Below are positions 48,976 through 59,638 of a stretch of 59,638 bases of DNA, in pieces (position 1 is the stretch's first letter; each line of letters starts with the position of its first letter). The notes under the pieces are model-generated. The model was not told the origin of the DNA. It saw nothing but the letters and a program-made list of their open reading frames with translations, and ran no database searches. The DNA comes from Nemertoderma westbladi (lineage: Eukaryota; Animalia; Xenacoelomorpha), in the NCBI GenBank assembly GCA_032718475.1, contig JAUCBJ010004687.1:1-59638 (forward strand), read 5' to 3'. The position numbers and the translations under genes are program-made.

Positions 48976-49395
48976 AGTAGTTATCATTTGCATTACCAGT
49001 ACTGTTCGATGATTAGGTATTGTATACTTTACTACCGGTACTGGTTGTCTATTGGAAGCTGTCATGTACAGCTGTTTATTTGCAATAGATTATGCTATCA
49101 ACAAAAGTGGTCAGTAACTTTACCGATAGACTAACGTAACATAATTATAATCAACAAATCTTCTAGGGTAAAAAGAAAATCATACAAGTCAGTCAGGCAG
49201 TCAGGCATGGAGTTAGTCAGCTTGTGGGAGTCATGCTTATTAAAACCAGATTAGTTTTCCTAACTATTGGTAGATCGATTAACAAAATAATGTTGAATTT
49301 CCACCTTCTAATTATATTTTACAGCTAAAATCCCATCACCAAACATTAATAAATAATTAACCAGTTTACTAAATATAGGATAATATATATGAAAA

Positions 49396-49878
49396 TTAGA
49401 AGGACATATTAATTAAAGAAGAACACATTAATGTACATTTACCGGTATAAAAGCAGCAAATGACTACGGTGTTATTTATTCTTATTTTGCAATTATTCAA
49501 AATTTCAGGATCATAAATAATTTGAAGTTTTACATTATCAAATACAAAATAAAATCCGGTATTGTGTATCAATAACCTATAGACTACAGAAGTAATACTA
49601 AAAATATAAGTACATAAATTAACAGATTTTAAAATCAAATTAATATTTGTTTTATCAAATATATGCTTTCTTACTTTTTGGAAATTATACTTACTACCTA
49701 ATAATGTAATTCTACCATTTTTAAATATTAATAATGTTGCACCAAATATCTTATATATAAACTGATTTGGTTTGAGTATGAGTTTACCAGATAATTGATT
49801 TTTTAATTCTTTCAAATTAATCGTTGACACTCGCTCGCAACTTATATTCTTATTAACTATCTGATACTGGTTGTTCAT
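49396..49878 (-). CDS. TATA-binding-protein (TBP)-fold-like protein, 160 aa, inside the Polinton
   Basis: Two TBP-like repeats: IVN..INLKEL..ATLLIFKNGRITLLGSK and VN..YDPEIL..VICCFYTGKCTL (compare TBP TALIFSSGKMVCTGAK and YEPELF..LIFVSGKVVLTG). Confidence 0.7.
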   Translation of the reverse strand: MNNQYQIVNKNISCERVSTINLKELKNQLSGKLILKPNQFIYKIFGATLLIFKNGRITLLGSKYNFQKVRKHIFDKTNINLILKSVNLCTYIFSITSVVYRLLIHNTGFYFVFDNVKLQIIYDPEILNNCKIRINNTVVICCFYTGKCTLMCSSLINMSF

Positions 49879-50795
49879 TGTTTGGTTCCTGATAAATATG
49901 TATATTGATTTTTTTTACTGGTTTTACAAGCTTTGTTTTATAGTGACCCCAGGGAAGTGAATGATTTTTATTAACCCAATACAGCTTATCATCAAAGCTG
50001 CTGAGAGCAAACTTATCTCGTACAACAGTGTAGACGTTGTGTAATCCGCTCTGAAATAGTGAAATTTATTGTTCTATTTCCTCGTTATCGTTATATGCTC
50101 TTTTATAATCTTGGTGACTAATTTTTTTGTCTACAACAGCTCTTGTTATTCCTTTTGCTCTGCGAATATTTCTGTTATTCCATTCCAAAATTGAATTGTA
50201 GAAATCGTAAAAATACAGCTTCTTTAATCTCTCATGAGGCTAGTTCATCATTACAGTAATAAATTTTCGATTTATTTTTATTACTATAAAATGGGTGATC
50301 CTTTGGATAATTAGAGGTATCTAGAATATTATTACTAATTAAGGCTTTGAGGAAATTACTCTGCCAAATATTATAATAACATCCAATGAGAGAATCAGTA
50401 TCTGAGGCAACGAGTTCTATGCGACAATTTAACACTTTCTCAATAGGCAGTAATCTATCGTAGTACAGCTCATACATATCAAGTTTTGCCAAATCCAAGA
50501 CAGCACTACCTACATAAATAGGTTTATCAAGGGTTACTGTGTCTTTCACTAATAAATGACCCGATAAGGAATTGTTATAAATTATGAAATTTTCGTTATT
50601 AATACGTTTCACCAATTGATCACATTTCTCTTTGCTATTAGCAATACGGAAATTACAACGATCTCCTATCTTCATATCTATATATTCTATTCATATCTAT
50701 AATATATTCATATTGTCTTACCAAATAACGAGTTATTCAGCAGCTTTGCAACAGCTGTTTCAATGTAAGTTTTTGCTAAACGTCTTTAATTAATA

Positions 50796-52259
50796 GCAGT
50801 GATTTTTTATGTCCTTTTATTTGACTTTTTTGTCACTTTTTTTTATGAATTATGCATAATGACTTTTGTTGTCCTTTTAATGACTTTTATTGTCCTTTTA
50901 ATGACTTTTTATGTATGTATTTTTTCAAACTGTCAGACTGCTGATTTCTGGACTATCAGACAGTTGATTTCACTATGCCTGTGCCAAAACATTCCATGAT
51001 TCCATGATTTATAGACTATGAGATAGATTTCCATATGCGCCTGTGGTAAAAAGACTCTGTATTTAATAGTTTGTGGTTGTTGTCGATAATCGATTACCAC
51101 ATGACGTAGCAAAACACTCATTTTATACCCAAAAACAATTACCAATTGATGGAAAGGAGCAGGTTAATGCCGAGTTTTCTAACCAAAACAATAAACAGTC
51201 ACTATACCAAATCAGGGAAAGGAGCAGGTTTACAGAGACGGGATTTTCTAACCAAAACAATAAACGATCACTTAACTAATTGAGGGAAAGGAGCAGGTTA
51301 CAGAGGCGGGATTTTCTAACCAAAACAATAAACGATCACTTAACTTATTGAGGGAAAGGAGCAGGTTACAGAGGCGGGATTTTCTAACCAAAACAATAAA
51401 TGATCATTTAACTAATTGAGGGAAAGGGACAGGTTACAGAGGCGCAATTTTCTAACCAAAACAATAAACGATCATTTAACTAATTGAGGGAAAGGGGCAG
51501 GTTACAGAGGCGGGATTTTTTAACCAAAACAATAAACGATCATTTAACTAATTGAGGAAAAGGAGCAGGTTACAGAGACGGGATTTTCTAACCAAAACAA
51601 TAAACGATAACATTACCAATTGAGAGAAAGGAGCAGGTTACAGAGGCGGGATTTTCTAACCAAAACAATAAACAATAACATTACCAATTGAGGGAAAGGA
51701 GCAGGTTACAGAGGCGGGATTATCTAACCAAAACAATAAACGATCATTTAACAAATTGAGGAAAAGGGGCAGGTTACAGAGGCGGGCCTTCTGTGCTGTT
51801 GGAAGTAGTGGTGCCGCTATCCGTAACACTACTCAGACAGTAGTCATGATCCATTATTGATTATAAAACTAATACAGTAAGGCCTAAATTATGTGAAAGG
51901 TATATCCACATTTTCCACAATCCTGCAATCCAGTTTGGCCTATCAATTATTTAAAATTTATTAGCACAACCGGTAGGCCTACCATTACTGTATTTAAATG
52001 GTAGGCTTCACAGTAGGCCTATAGCAGTACCGGTGCCGGTACCGGTACTAAAATACAGAAATACCTGCTTTATACCTTCATCTGTACATACAATACAGCA
52101 AAATGGTGCTATATATACTAATACTGGTACTGATAGCCTGAGAGAACAGCAGTAGAGAAACCGGTAGCATGGAACCTAACATTAGACTTTTGGAGGACAT
52201 AAAAAATCAAAAAAAAAAGCACAAAAAAAGGATTTAAACGGACAATAAAAATTATTGCG
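50796..52259. mobile_element. Non-autonomous TIR DNA transposon (Mutator-like by TSD length) inserted in polB
   Basis: TTAATTAATA on both flanks (50786-50795, 52260-52269); imperfect T-rich/A-rich TIRs; excision rejoins FKPYIDFNI..RRLAK. Confidence 0.75.
51149..51786. repeat. 68-bp tandem satellite (~9.5 copies)
   Basis: TGAGGGAAAGGAGCAGGTTACAGAGGCGGGATTTTCTAACCAAAACAATAAACG... at 68-bp spacing. Confidence 0.92.
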
Positions 52260-53776
52260 TTAATTAATATTAAAATCTATATAGGGTTTAAATACAAAGT
52301 ATTGATGGAAAGAATACAATTGATACAGCTTAGTAACAATTTTTCCTTGTTTTATATAAAATTTTAAGAGTTTATATGTAGATGATAGAATTCTTTATCG
52401 AATTGTGTCAACATAAGTTTCTGTTTATACATCTTATATCTATACCTAGATTTCCTCTTTGTTTGCGTAAATTATTAAATTGGTCTCTCATATATGGTGA
52501 AAGCATTGTTTCATTTATACTTAAATGTTCCGGGGCTAAGGGTAGTTCTAATGTTTGATCATGAATATCTTTAGGATATTTCAAATCGCAAATTAAGAAA
52601 AACCCTATGTCAGCTTCAGTATCAAGATTTGTTAAATACTTAATTAGTTCTTCTGGAGTAGCATACTCTAAATGTTTAATACTTACTTCTTTGAATTGAG
52701 AGATGGGTAGTTTTATACTTAAATTACCAGAATATAAGGAATTAAAATCTATATTGAAAATATGACACTCTTCCTTGCTAAAGATCATATGTACTTGTTT
52801 CGGGTATATTTGATTCTATGTAATGCTTTCAACGGAATGAAACCCCACCTCTAATGGATGCTTCAAAATCTCTGTATGTCTGGTAATCCTTTATCAGTTC
52901 TAATTTAGATTTATTAAATTTCAGGGTGCAATCATAAGTGAATGCTGCGATACTGCAATAGTAAACTAATTCTAATTCATAGTTTTGTCTATATACTCTC
53001 CTAAAGTTCTCAAATATATCAGCGAGGAGACAAACATCGAGTTTTAAGTATGCTAAAAGATAATCCTTGAGATTCGAACACTCAAACTGACTCCATGATG
53101 TGTTAGCAAAACTATAATCCTCGGGTGTACAGGTATTTTGTGTTAAGTTACTAAAAAATTTGTCTATCGATGGTAATTTCGAATCGTTTAATTTATTTAA
53201 ATCTGTCAGGTACTCGTAGGAAAATATACCTTTTTGTTTAATTATTGCATTGTTTAAATTCGGATAAAAATATTTCATTTGCTGTACAGTGATCAGTAGA
53301 ACTGATGTTATATCCTCGCTGTCCATATCCTTTGTTGAACAATCAACTAGGTTACTTAAAGAAAAGGTTAAAAATTGATATGTGTCTAAGACACGTAACT
53401 CGATTTTCGTTCTTTTGGTCTTTCACTGGTATATGTATACTCAGTGAAATATACCATTCGGAGTTTTTAGGGATCACCTTTATATCCCAATCGGAATATT
53501 TGTTATCACAAAATCCAACTTGCAAAAGAAAATGCAAATCGTAGTGATTGCAGTTATGTGCAGCGAGTATATACATGTGACGTTTCAATGATAAAGAGCG
53601 GTTGCATGCGGTACAAGTGGCTGCTATATAGTTACCAGTAATATGTGAGTGATGTTTGTTTTTCTCAGACTTATCCTTAAATAAAACCTTGCAATAAAAA
53701 CAAGTTTTAGCATTCCAAAAACTTAACTTATCTACATCATTAAGTATCATTTTTTCACGTGTATAACCACTTATAT

Positions 53777-56307
53777 ACTACTACTACTAGGTCGAGCGAA
53801 CTCGGACAGTGGAAATGAGATCCTTCCAGGCTTCCCGATTCTCCATAGTTGTCGCAATTTCGTTTCTCCTCAGTTCAGTATCCCTTTCAAGTTGATCTAT
53901 ATATGTTATGGCTGGTCGTCCACGACTACGCTTTCCATGAGTTGGTTGCCAGAGAAGTAGATCTGGTATGACCTCGTCTTTACTTTGCCAGCAGTGCCCA
54001 CTGAATCTTAATCTGCGGTCACGGAGGATGGTTGATACAGGTGGAATTGTACCATAAAGCTCGGCGTTTGTCATGTGTTGTCTCCAGTTGATGTTTAGGG
54101 CTGCCCTTAGTAGTCTTGTGTAGCAACCATCAATTCGTTGTTCAAGTGATTTAGTCAGTGTCCAGGTCTCACCCCCATATAAAAATACACTTTCCACTGT
54201 GGCTCGAAAGAACTTAGTCTTCAGGTGCCTGGAGAGATCTGATTTCCAGATTTTTGATAGAGCTACCCTAGCCTTTGCTTTCCTAATTTCTATGTCCTTT
54301 TTGCTACTCTCTATCCATGGTCCAATGTGCTGGAAGTCATCGACCTTCCTTAGTTGATTATTATCAATGGTTGTCAAGTTTCCATCAACATTAAAGGTCA
54401 TGAATTCGGTCTTTGTAGCATTTATATGCAATCCAACCTCCTTAGCAGCCATCTCTACTTTATTTAGTAGAAGCTGTGCATCTGCGAGTGTATTAGAGAG
54501 CAGGGCGATGTCATCCACAAAGTCGGTGTCTGTGACTGTAGTTGCCGGATATCTACTACTTCTGCGTTCTTGAAGTGCGAATCCCAGGTCTTCACACTTT
54601 GTGGCTGTCCTCATTGCGTAATCCAGCACAATTACAAATAGCAATGGTGCTAATGTGTCACCTTGCAGTACGCCAGCCAGGATTGAGAAAAACTCAGTTT
54701 CACCATCTGGTGAGAGTACCTGCGCTTCTGTGTCACAATATAACAATCCAATGCCAGCAACAATTACTTCTGGTATTCCATAAGCTCTTAGGATTTCAAG
54801 CATTTTACCTCTATGGATGGAGTCGAATGCCTTCTTGAAGTCCACAAAAGTCATGACAGCAGGGAGATTATGCCTCGGGTATGCCGAGGTCTCCTTTCTT
54901 GGGGAGAGGCTTTAGTTGACCTTTGACCTTTTCCACTTTTAACATCCGGTTGCAAACATTCAATAATGGTCTGTTTAGCACTCCGGTTTTCCATACCTCC
55001 GCTGGGATTTCATCTAATCCACTCGCTTTATGATTGGACATGTTTTTAATGCTTCTTTGGAGTTCGGCAGGTGTGAAGTCCCCTGTTTCTATAGGTAGTG
55101 TTTTGTCATATATTTTCCTTGTAGGGCTGACCTCGATGTTTGGTGGCTGCCCAAGCAAGTTGCTGAAGTGATTTTTCCACTTCCCAACACGTTCTTCAGG
55201 ACTATCGGCTTTGAGGCGCCCCTTTGCACAACTTTTCCGACCAGATACCTCATTTACAGTTTGCCAGGTAAGTCTTGATTGTTGCTGTATGTGAGCAGTT
55301 GTAATTGCTTCAGTTTTATCCTGTATGTACTTTTCCTGGCTGATGTTGTAGGCCAATTTAAGATCGTCCTTAGTTTTCTCAACCTTGTTAATGTTTTCGG
55401 TTGTTGGTTGTTCGGTTTTAACTTTGTAGGCTATCTTAAGATCTTCTCTCTTACAAGTAACCTCAGAGTTTTGCCATGGCACATATTGTTTTCGTTTGGG
55501 TTTCTGGGGGATATGCCTCTTAGCTGATTCCTTGTGGGCTATTATTATTTTCTGGTATATTGAATTGTTGGATTGGTCTTCATCCATTGACTGAAGTGCT
55601 TCAAAGCGGTTTTGAACTTCTACTGTATAAGCATCCTTTACAGCATTGTCAGTTCTGAGTTTTTCCCAGTCATATTTGATTTGCTTGCTTGTCCTGGGTT
55701 TGCTGGCTCTCAAACTGAGTCTGATCTCTGCAGTCACAATTCTGTGGTCGAACGAGCTGTATGCCTCGCAGTTGATCATGCTGTTTCTCCACTTTTTGTT
55801 TATGAGGATGTAATCCAGTTGTGCTTTGGTTCCATTAGGGCATTGAAAGGTCCATAGCTTCCCATTACTCTTTTCAAATGTGTTGTTTGTTGGTATCAAT
55901 TCACATTCTTCCATTGGGTCTAAAAGTAAGTACCCATTTCTGTTAGAACCTGTGTTAAAGGTGTAACCCTTGATGTCTTCTGGGCCAATTTGGGCATTCA
56001 GATCACCAGCAATGACTTTAACATTGTGTTTCGGAATGTCCTTTATAAGTCCAGTCAGTTCTTCATAAAACTTGACTGCTTGTTCTGACTCTGAGGCATT
56101 GGTTGGACTGTAGCAACATATAACTTGCCTTGGGATTCCCATCAAATGTTGCGATCATAACCCTGGAATTTATAGATTCGATGTTGTTTAGGGTCTTAAG
56201 TGCAAATGGGCTTAGCAGAATTCCTACTCCACCAATTGATGCATTGGCCGAGTTTCTTACTGCTGAGCTTGTTACTAACATCCATCCATTTCCAATGTCA
56301 TTGTACT
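53777..56307 (-). mobile_element. RTE family 2 LINE (APE-RT), (TAG)n tail, inserted in polB
   Basis: ORFs 54868-56145 (YSPT, AGDLNA, LDYIL, DH) and 53787-54854 (FVDFKKAFDS, QGDTLAP, DFVDD, RLRFSGHC); ctactactactag tail. Confidence 0.92.
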
Positions 56308-57231
56308 AGTAGTAGGAGAAGCATAGATCTCACTTGCTGATCCCGTAGCTTGGGCTACGGGCTGCATCTCGGAGGCAATTAAAAAATGCCAAATTTCTGT
56401 GCTAAATCGAGGTGTTTAATGACCATCTGTCACCATCAATATTGTTGCCTTCAACCAATCGTTGCTTATCACCTACGCGTAGCCTAACCTCGCGATGCCT
56501 GCCTTACTCGACAACTGTTACCACCCGCGAGTATTGATTCGCGTTGTTGCATCAACCAACCATCGCATATTCATCTTCGCGTAACCTAACTTCACGACGC
56601 ATGGCTAGCCCACACTACGCTATTATATTATATATCGATTGCCAACTCACCACCACCGCCGCTAGCCACGCACGGCTACTCTTCGACGGCTGTCGCCAAA
56701 CCAATCAATCCAACCAACCAAGCAGCCTGCCTACCAGTCCAATCCAACGCTATTATGATACGTGTTGAAATTCCGCCAAGTTCCAGCTACACGTATACGA
56801 ATATTTCCATAGTTATTTCCTATCCACGCAACCAACCACTGTATACTGTATATGCTGACAACGTGGCCACCAACTACACGCATCATGCATATATTATATT
56901 ATATTGATTACCAACTCCACGACTGCTGTCGCCAAATCAACAAACCAACCAGTATGATACATGAGATTCCGTCACGTTTCAGCTACGCGTATACGAGCAT
57001 TAGTGATTATTATTACGCAATAATTTTTTTGTTTATACAGTAGTTACCCACCAGCTAATCAACCAATCAATAAACCGAATTTAGGCTATTTCTCAGTTTA
57101 AGACCTGTATTATTTTTGAAAATATCTTATATATATAATCTCTTGCTTTAATCGCAATTAATCATTTGTAATGGTTTTATTTTAAAAGTTTTTACTTTGT
57201 TTGTTTGATTTACAATAAAATAAATTAAATA

Positions 57232-57678
57232 ATGTCTTCTGATTCCGATATGGTTATGCCAATGGTAAGGCATTCATTTTTTGCAGAAGATGGTCAAGCC
57301 TATATTGTTATTGATTATACAATTTACCGTCAGGGAGATGATAAATATAAAATTGAGTTTTCTGAAAAAGCCAGGAAAGTTTTAAGCTCAATTGATATTG
57401 ATGCTTCTGATAATAGTGTTCATCTTTTAGATTACAACCTGAAAGTTGAGCATGAGGGAGGAAAATTAAGCACCATTTTACTATTATCCATGATAGAGGG
57501 GTTTATTTTTATTACACAATACAACGAAGCTGGTGAAAAGTTTGAAATACGGCTAAATCGGCATAGCCCCTACGAAATTATGTCTTTCTTTATTGTAATG
57601 ATTTCAAAAGAATCCTTTGTCGAACCTGAAGAATCAACGGATAATGTTGAATATGTTGATAATATCATTGATTCTTGA
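57232..57678 (+). CDS. Polinton accessory protein of unknown function (148 aa, acidic tail)
   Basis: Intact ORF; paralogue of 15608-16029. Confidence 0.8.
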   Translation: MSSDSDMVMPMVRHSFFAEDGQAYIVIDYTIYRQGDDKYKIEFSEKARKVLSSIDIDASDNSVHLLDYNLKVEHEGGKLSTILLLSMIEGFIFITQYNEAGEKFEIRLNRHSPYEIMSFFIVMISKESFVEPEESTDNVEYVDNIIDS

Positions 57679-57846
57679 CTTTTCCCCCTATATTATAAAT
57701 ATTTTATGATTATATATAAAATTTTGTTGTTTTTAAATAATCGAAAATTGTAGTAGTATTTGTATATACAGTATAACAGTTTTGTTTGTTGTTGTTGTTG
57801 TTGTGTATTGTGGTAATTATTTTCAATTTACTTTAAAATTTGGAAA

Positions 57847-58299
57847 ATGGATATTTTAAATGAAAAATGTCCAGTTTGCTATTCTAAGTTATTGCAACAA
57901 CATCGAGATTATTATAAATGTGAAAATAAACATGCAACTTGCGTACAATGTATTGTACAATATTCCGAAATGAATAATTATTGTTCTAAAATTTGTCCTA
58001 TTTGTCGCGCACCCATATCTAAGTTTAATATAAAGTTGGCAAGATACCAACCCTATTATTGGAAAGAGCTTCGCAATATAACTTATATTTCTGCGAAAAG
58101 TAATGATCCGGGAGATTTATTTACAATATTGGAGAATATTTTTTATAGAAACGTAGTACGACGCTGTTGCTACTATATTCCTTATTTTTTTAGCAGCGAA
58201 CATAAAAAAATCATTAGCGCGAAATTTTCGGGAAGTGATTTCCAAACCGCCGATGTTACCTATCATTATTTCGCGTATAAAGATGCTCACCATGCTTGA
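57847..58299 (+). CDS. RING (C3HC4) finger protein, putative E3 ligase
   Basis: CPVC..C.NKHATCVQC..CPICR. Confidence 0.85.
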   Translation: MDILNEKCPVCYSKLLQQHRDYYKCENKHATCVQCIVQYSEMNNYCSKICPICRAPISKFNIKLARYQPYYWKELRNITYISAKSNDPGDLFTILENIFYRNVVRRCCYYIPYFFSSEHKKIISAKFSGSDFQTADVTYHYFAYKDAHHA

Positions 58300-58515
58300 A
58301 ATTGCATCAGTCTATACTATAATTGGAAATAGCACCTTTTGCTGCAGCGAGCGTCACATACTGTAGGAGCGTCATATGTTAATTAAATATACAGTACTCT
58401 AATATTGTAGTTGCATCAATTATTGTTATATACATAGTAATGGTGTTGGTTTATTGATATTGATATTGATATTATATTATATTGTATTGTTGATATATCT
58501 TAATAATGATAATAA

Positions 58516-59196
58516 ATGGCTGACTTTAATTCAGGTCCATATAATTTAAACTTTCAAATGGGCACAAGTATGATAATTTCAGGGCCATCTGGTTCCGGAA
58601 AGTCAACCTTTGTAAGCAATTTAATTAAACACAAGAATGGTTGTTTCAATGAAGCCCCCTTGCGAGTATTGTATTGTTACGGGAGCAATCCCCCAACTAT
58701 TCCTGGTATTACTCACCTTTACAAAGGCTTGCCTGAAAATATAGATAGTTTAGTGAATAGTCGAGATTTATTAATTATAGATGATTTGTTAACAGAAACT
58801 GAGTCCAGTACAGCTTTAACTGTATTGTTTACTAAGGTGGCTCATCATTCCAATATATTTATTTGTTTTATAACGCAAAACATGTTTTACGGTGGGAAGC
58901 ATAACCGCACAAGATCAATTAATAGCCATACTTTAGTATTAATGAAAAATCCGAGAGACAGTCTATCGGTTTTAAATTTCGCGAAGCAGATGTTACCAGG
59001 GCAGACCAAATTTTTAGTTGATTCCTATCAAGATGCGACAATTCAACCATTTTCACATTTCTTAATTGATTTACGACAGGAAACACCCAAACATTTAAGA
59101 TTTAGATCTGATATATTTCGTAATCATAATTGTTACATTAAAAATTACACTGACTATAAACGTAGCGAAAATAATAATAATAATAATGATAAATAA
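58516..59196 (+). CDS. A32/FtsK-like DNA packaging ATPase
   Basis: Walker A GPSGSGKS, Walker B LLIIDDL, FTK.AHH, ITQN.F, KNPRD, Y.DAT..PF..LIDL, R.R. Confidence 0.93.
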   Translation: MADFNSGPYNLNFQMGTSMIISGPSGSGKSTFVSNLIKHKNGCFNEAPLRVLYCYGSNPPTIPGITHLYKGLPENIDSLVNSRDLLIIDDLLTETESSTALTVLFTKVAHHSNIFICFITQNMFYGGKHNRTRSINSHTLVLMKNPRDSLSVLNFAKQMLPGQTKFLVDSYQDATIQPFSHFLIDLRQETPKHLRFRSDIFRNHNCYIKNYTDYKRSENNNNNNDK

Positions 59197-59233
59197 TTAA
59201 TATTTTGTAACAATTTTCAATAATGTTGCAACA

Positions 59234-59468
59234 ATGAATAGACTTGTGCAGAAATATCGTAACTAACTGGAATTTCTACGCAGCGCTACCCCTCAACAAA
59301 GAACTTATTTTATTAACCATACCGCCAGTAACGAATTAATACGGCTCATTGTAAATACTGCATTAAATGTTCTAAAAGGTAATGTACAATTGACCCCTCA
59401 TTCATTTAGAAATATTCGCCGCTATAAGAAGGTATTGAAATCACTCAACCGTAAAACAAAAAATATAT
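59234..59468 (+). pseudogene. Truncated homologue of 26248-26631
   Basis: High nucleotide similarity to 26248-26480; TAA at codon 11; breaks at ~59468. Confidence 0.85.
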
Positions 59469-59511
59469 TACAGTATCGTATATACAGTATATTACAGTAA
59501 TAAATTACAGT

Positions 59512-59638
59512 ATCGATACTAAAAATATAAGTACACAAATTGATTGATTTAAAAATCAAATTAATGTTTGTTTTTTCTAATATATGTTTTTTCACTTTAT
59601 TAAAATTATATTTTCTACCGAAAATTGTTATTCGTCCA
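59512..59638 (-). pseudogene. Fragment of the TBP-like gene in copy 2 (runs off the window)
   Basis: GRITIFGRKYNFNKVKKHILEKTNINLIFKSINLCTYIFSI versus GRITLLGSKYNFQKVRKHIFDKTNINLILKSVNLCTYIFSI in 49396-49878. Confidence 0.85.

Larger units (their letters stand above)
14805..53776. mobile_element. Polinton/Maverick (adintovirus-like) endogenous virus, copy 1, decayed and broken by nested insertions; left boundary approximate
   Basis: AT-rich segments encode an ATPase tail, minor capsids, MCP C-terminus, adenain-type protease and pPolB; same gene order as copy 2. Confidence 0.9.
49966..53776 (-). pseudogene. Protein-primed family B DNA polymerase of the Polinton, with N-terminal Cys/His (EndoVII-like) segment; fragmented
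   Basis: CFYC..HSHITG..CTACN; HNCNHYD; KGIFSYEY; YLKLDV; IRGG; DFNSLY; PLAPE; KLLNNSLFGKT; KPIYVG; SDTDS; RAKGI. Confidence 0.92.
56308..59638. mobile_element. Polinton copy 2, left end (continues beyond the window), with a large internal deletion near 59470-59510
   Basis: AGTAGTAG terminus, repeat-rich subterminal region, then the same gene order as copy 1. Confidence 0.8.

Noticed and set aside
49396-49878. Host TBP/TRF gene
   Set aside because: Intronless, far too diverged from conserved eukaryotic TBP, embedded between viral genes and present in both viral copies
51149-51786. CRISPR-like periodicity (68 bp)
   Set aside because: The whole unit is repeated, with no unique spacers; it is a satellite
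1-59638. rRNA, tRNA or prokaryotic operons
   Set aside because: None recognised; all identifiable content is eukaryotic TE or endogenous viral sequence

Overview
Eukaryotic, probably invertebrate animal, repeat-dense window made almost entirely of nested mobile elements. The backbone is an AT-rich, decayed Polinton/Maverick (adintovirus-like) endogenous dsDNA virus, copy 1 (~14.8-53.8 kb). It carries an unknown ORF, a RING finger, an ATPase remnant, two minor-capsid-like genes, the major-capsid C-terminus, an adenain-type protease, a DEDD-like ORF, an intact TATA-binding-protein-like ORF and a protein-primed PolB. A second related copy starts at 56308 with an AGTAGTAG terminus. Inserted into copy 1 are two divergently oriented CRE-clade RT/REL retrotransposons with long proline/serine/threonine repeat tracts, a ~17 kb BEL/Pao LTR element, RTE LINEs and a TIR element with a 68-bp satellite. 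The BEL/Pao element has an extra ORF (DEDDy-like exonuclease plus zinc knuckles) in the env position and is itself interrupted by a CR1/L2 LINE. The first 14 kb hold LINE, RTE, Penelope and Gypsy remnants and one possible host exon. All family assignments come from motif recognition by eye; no database searches were run.
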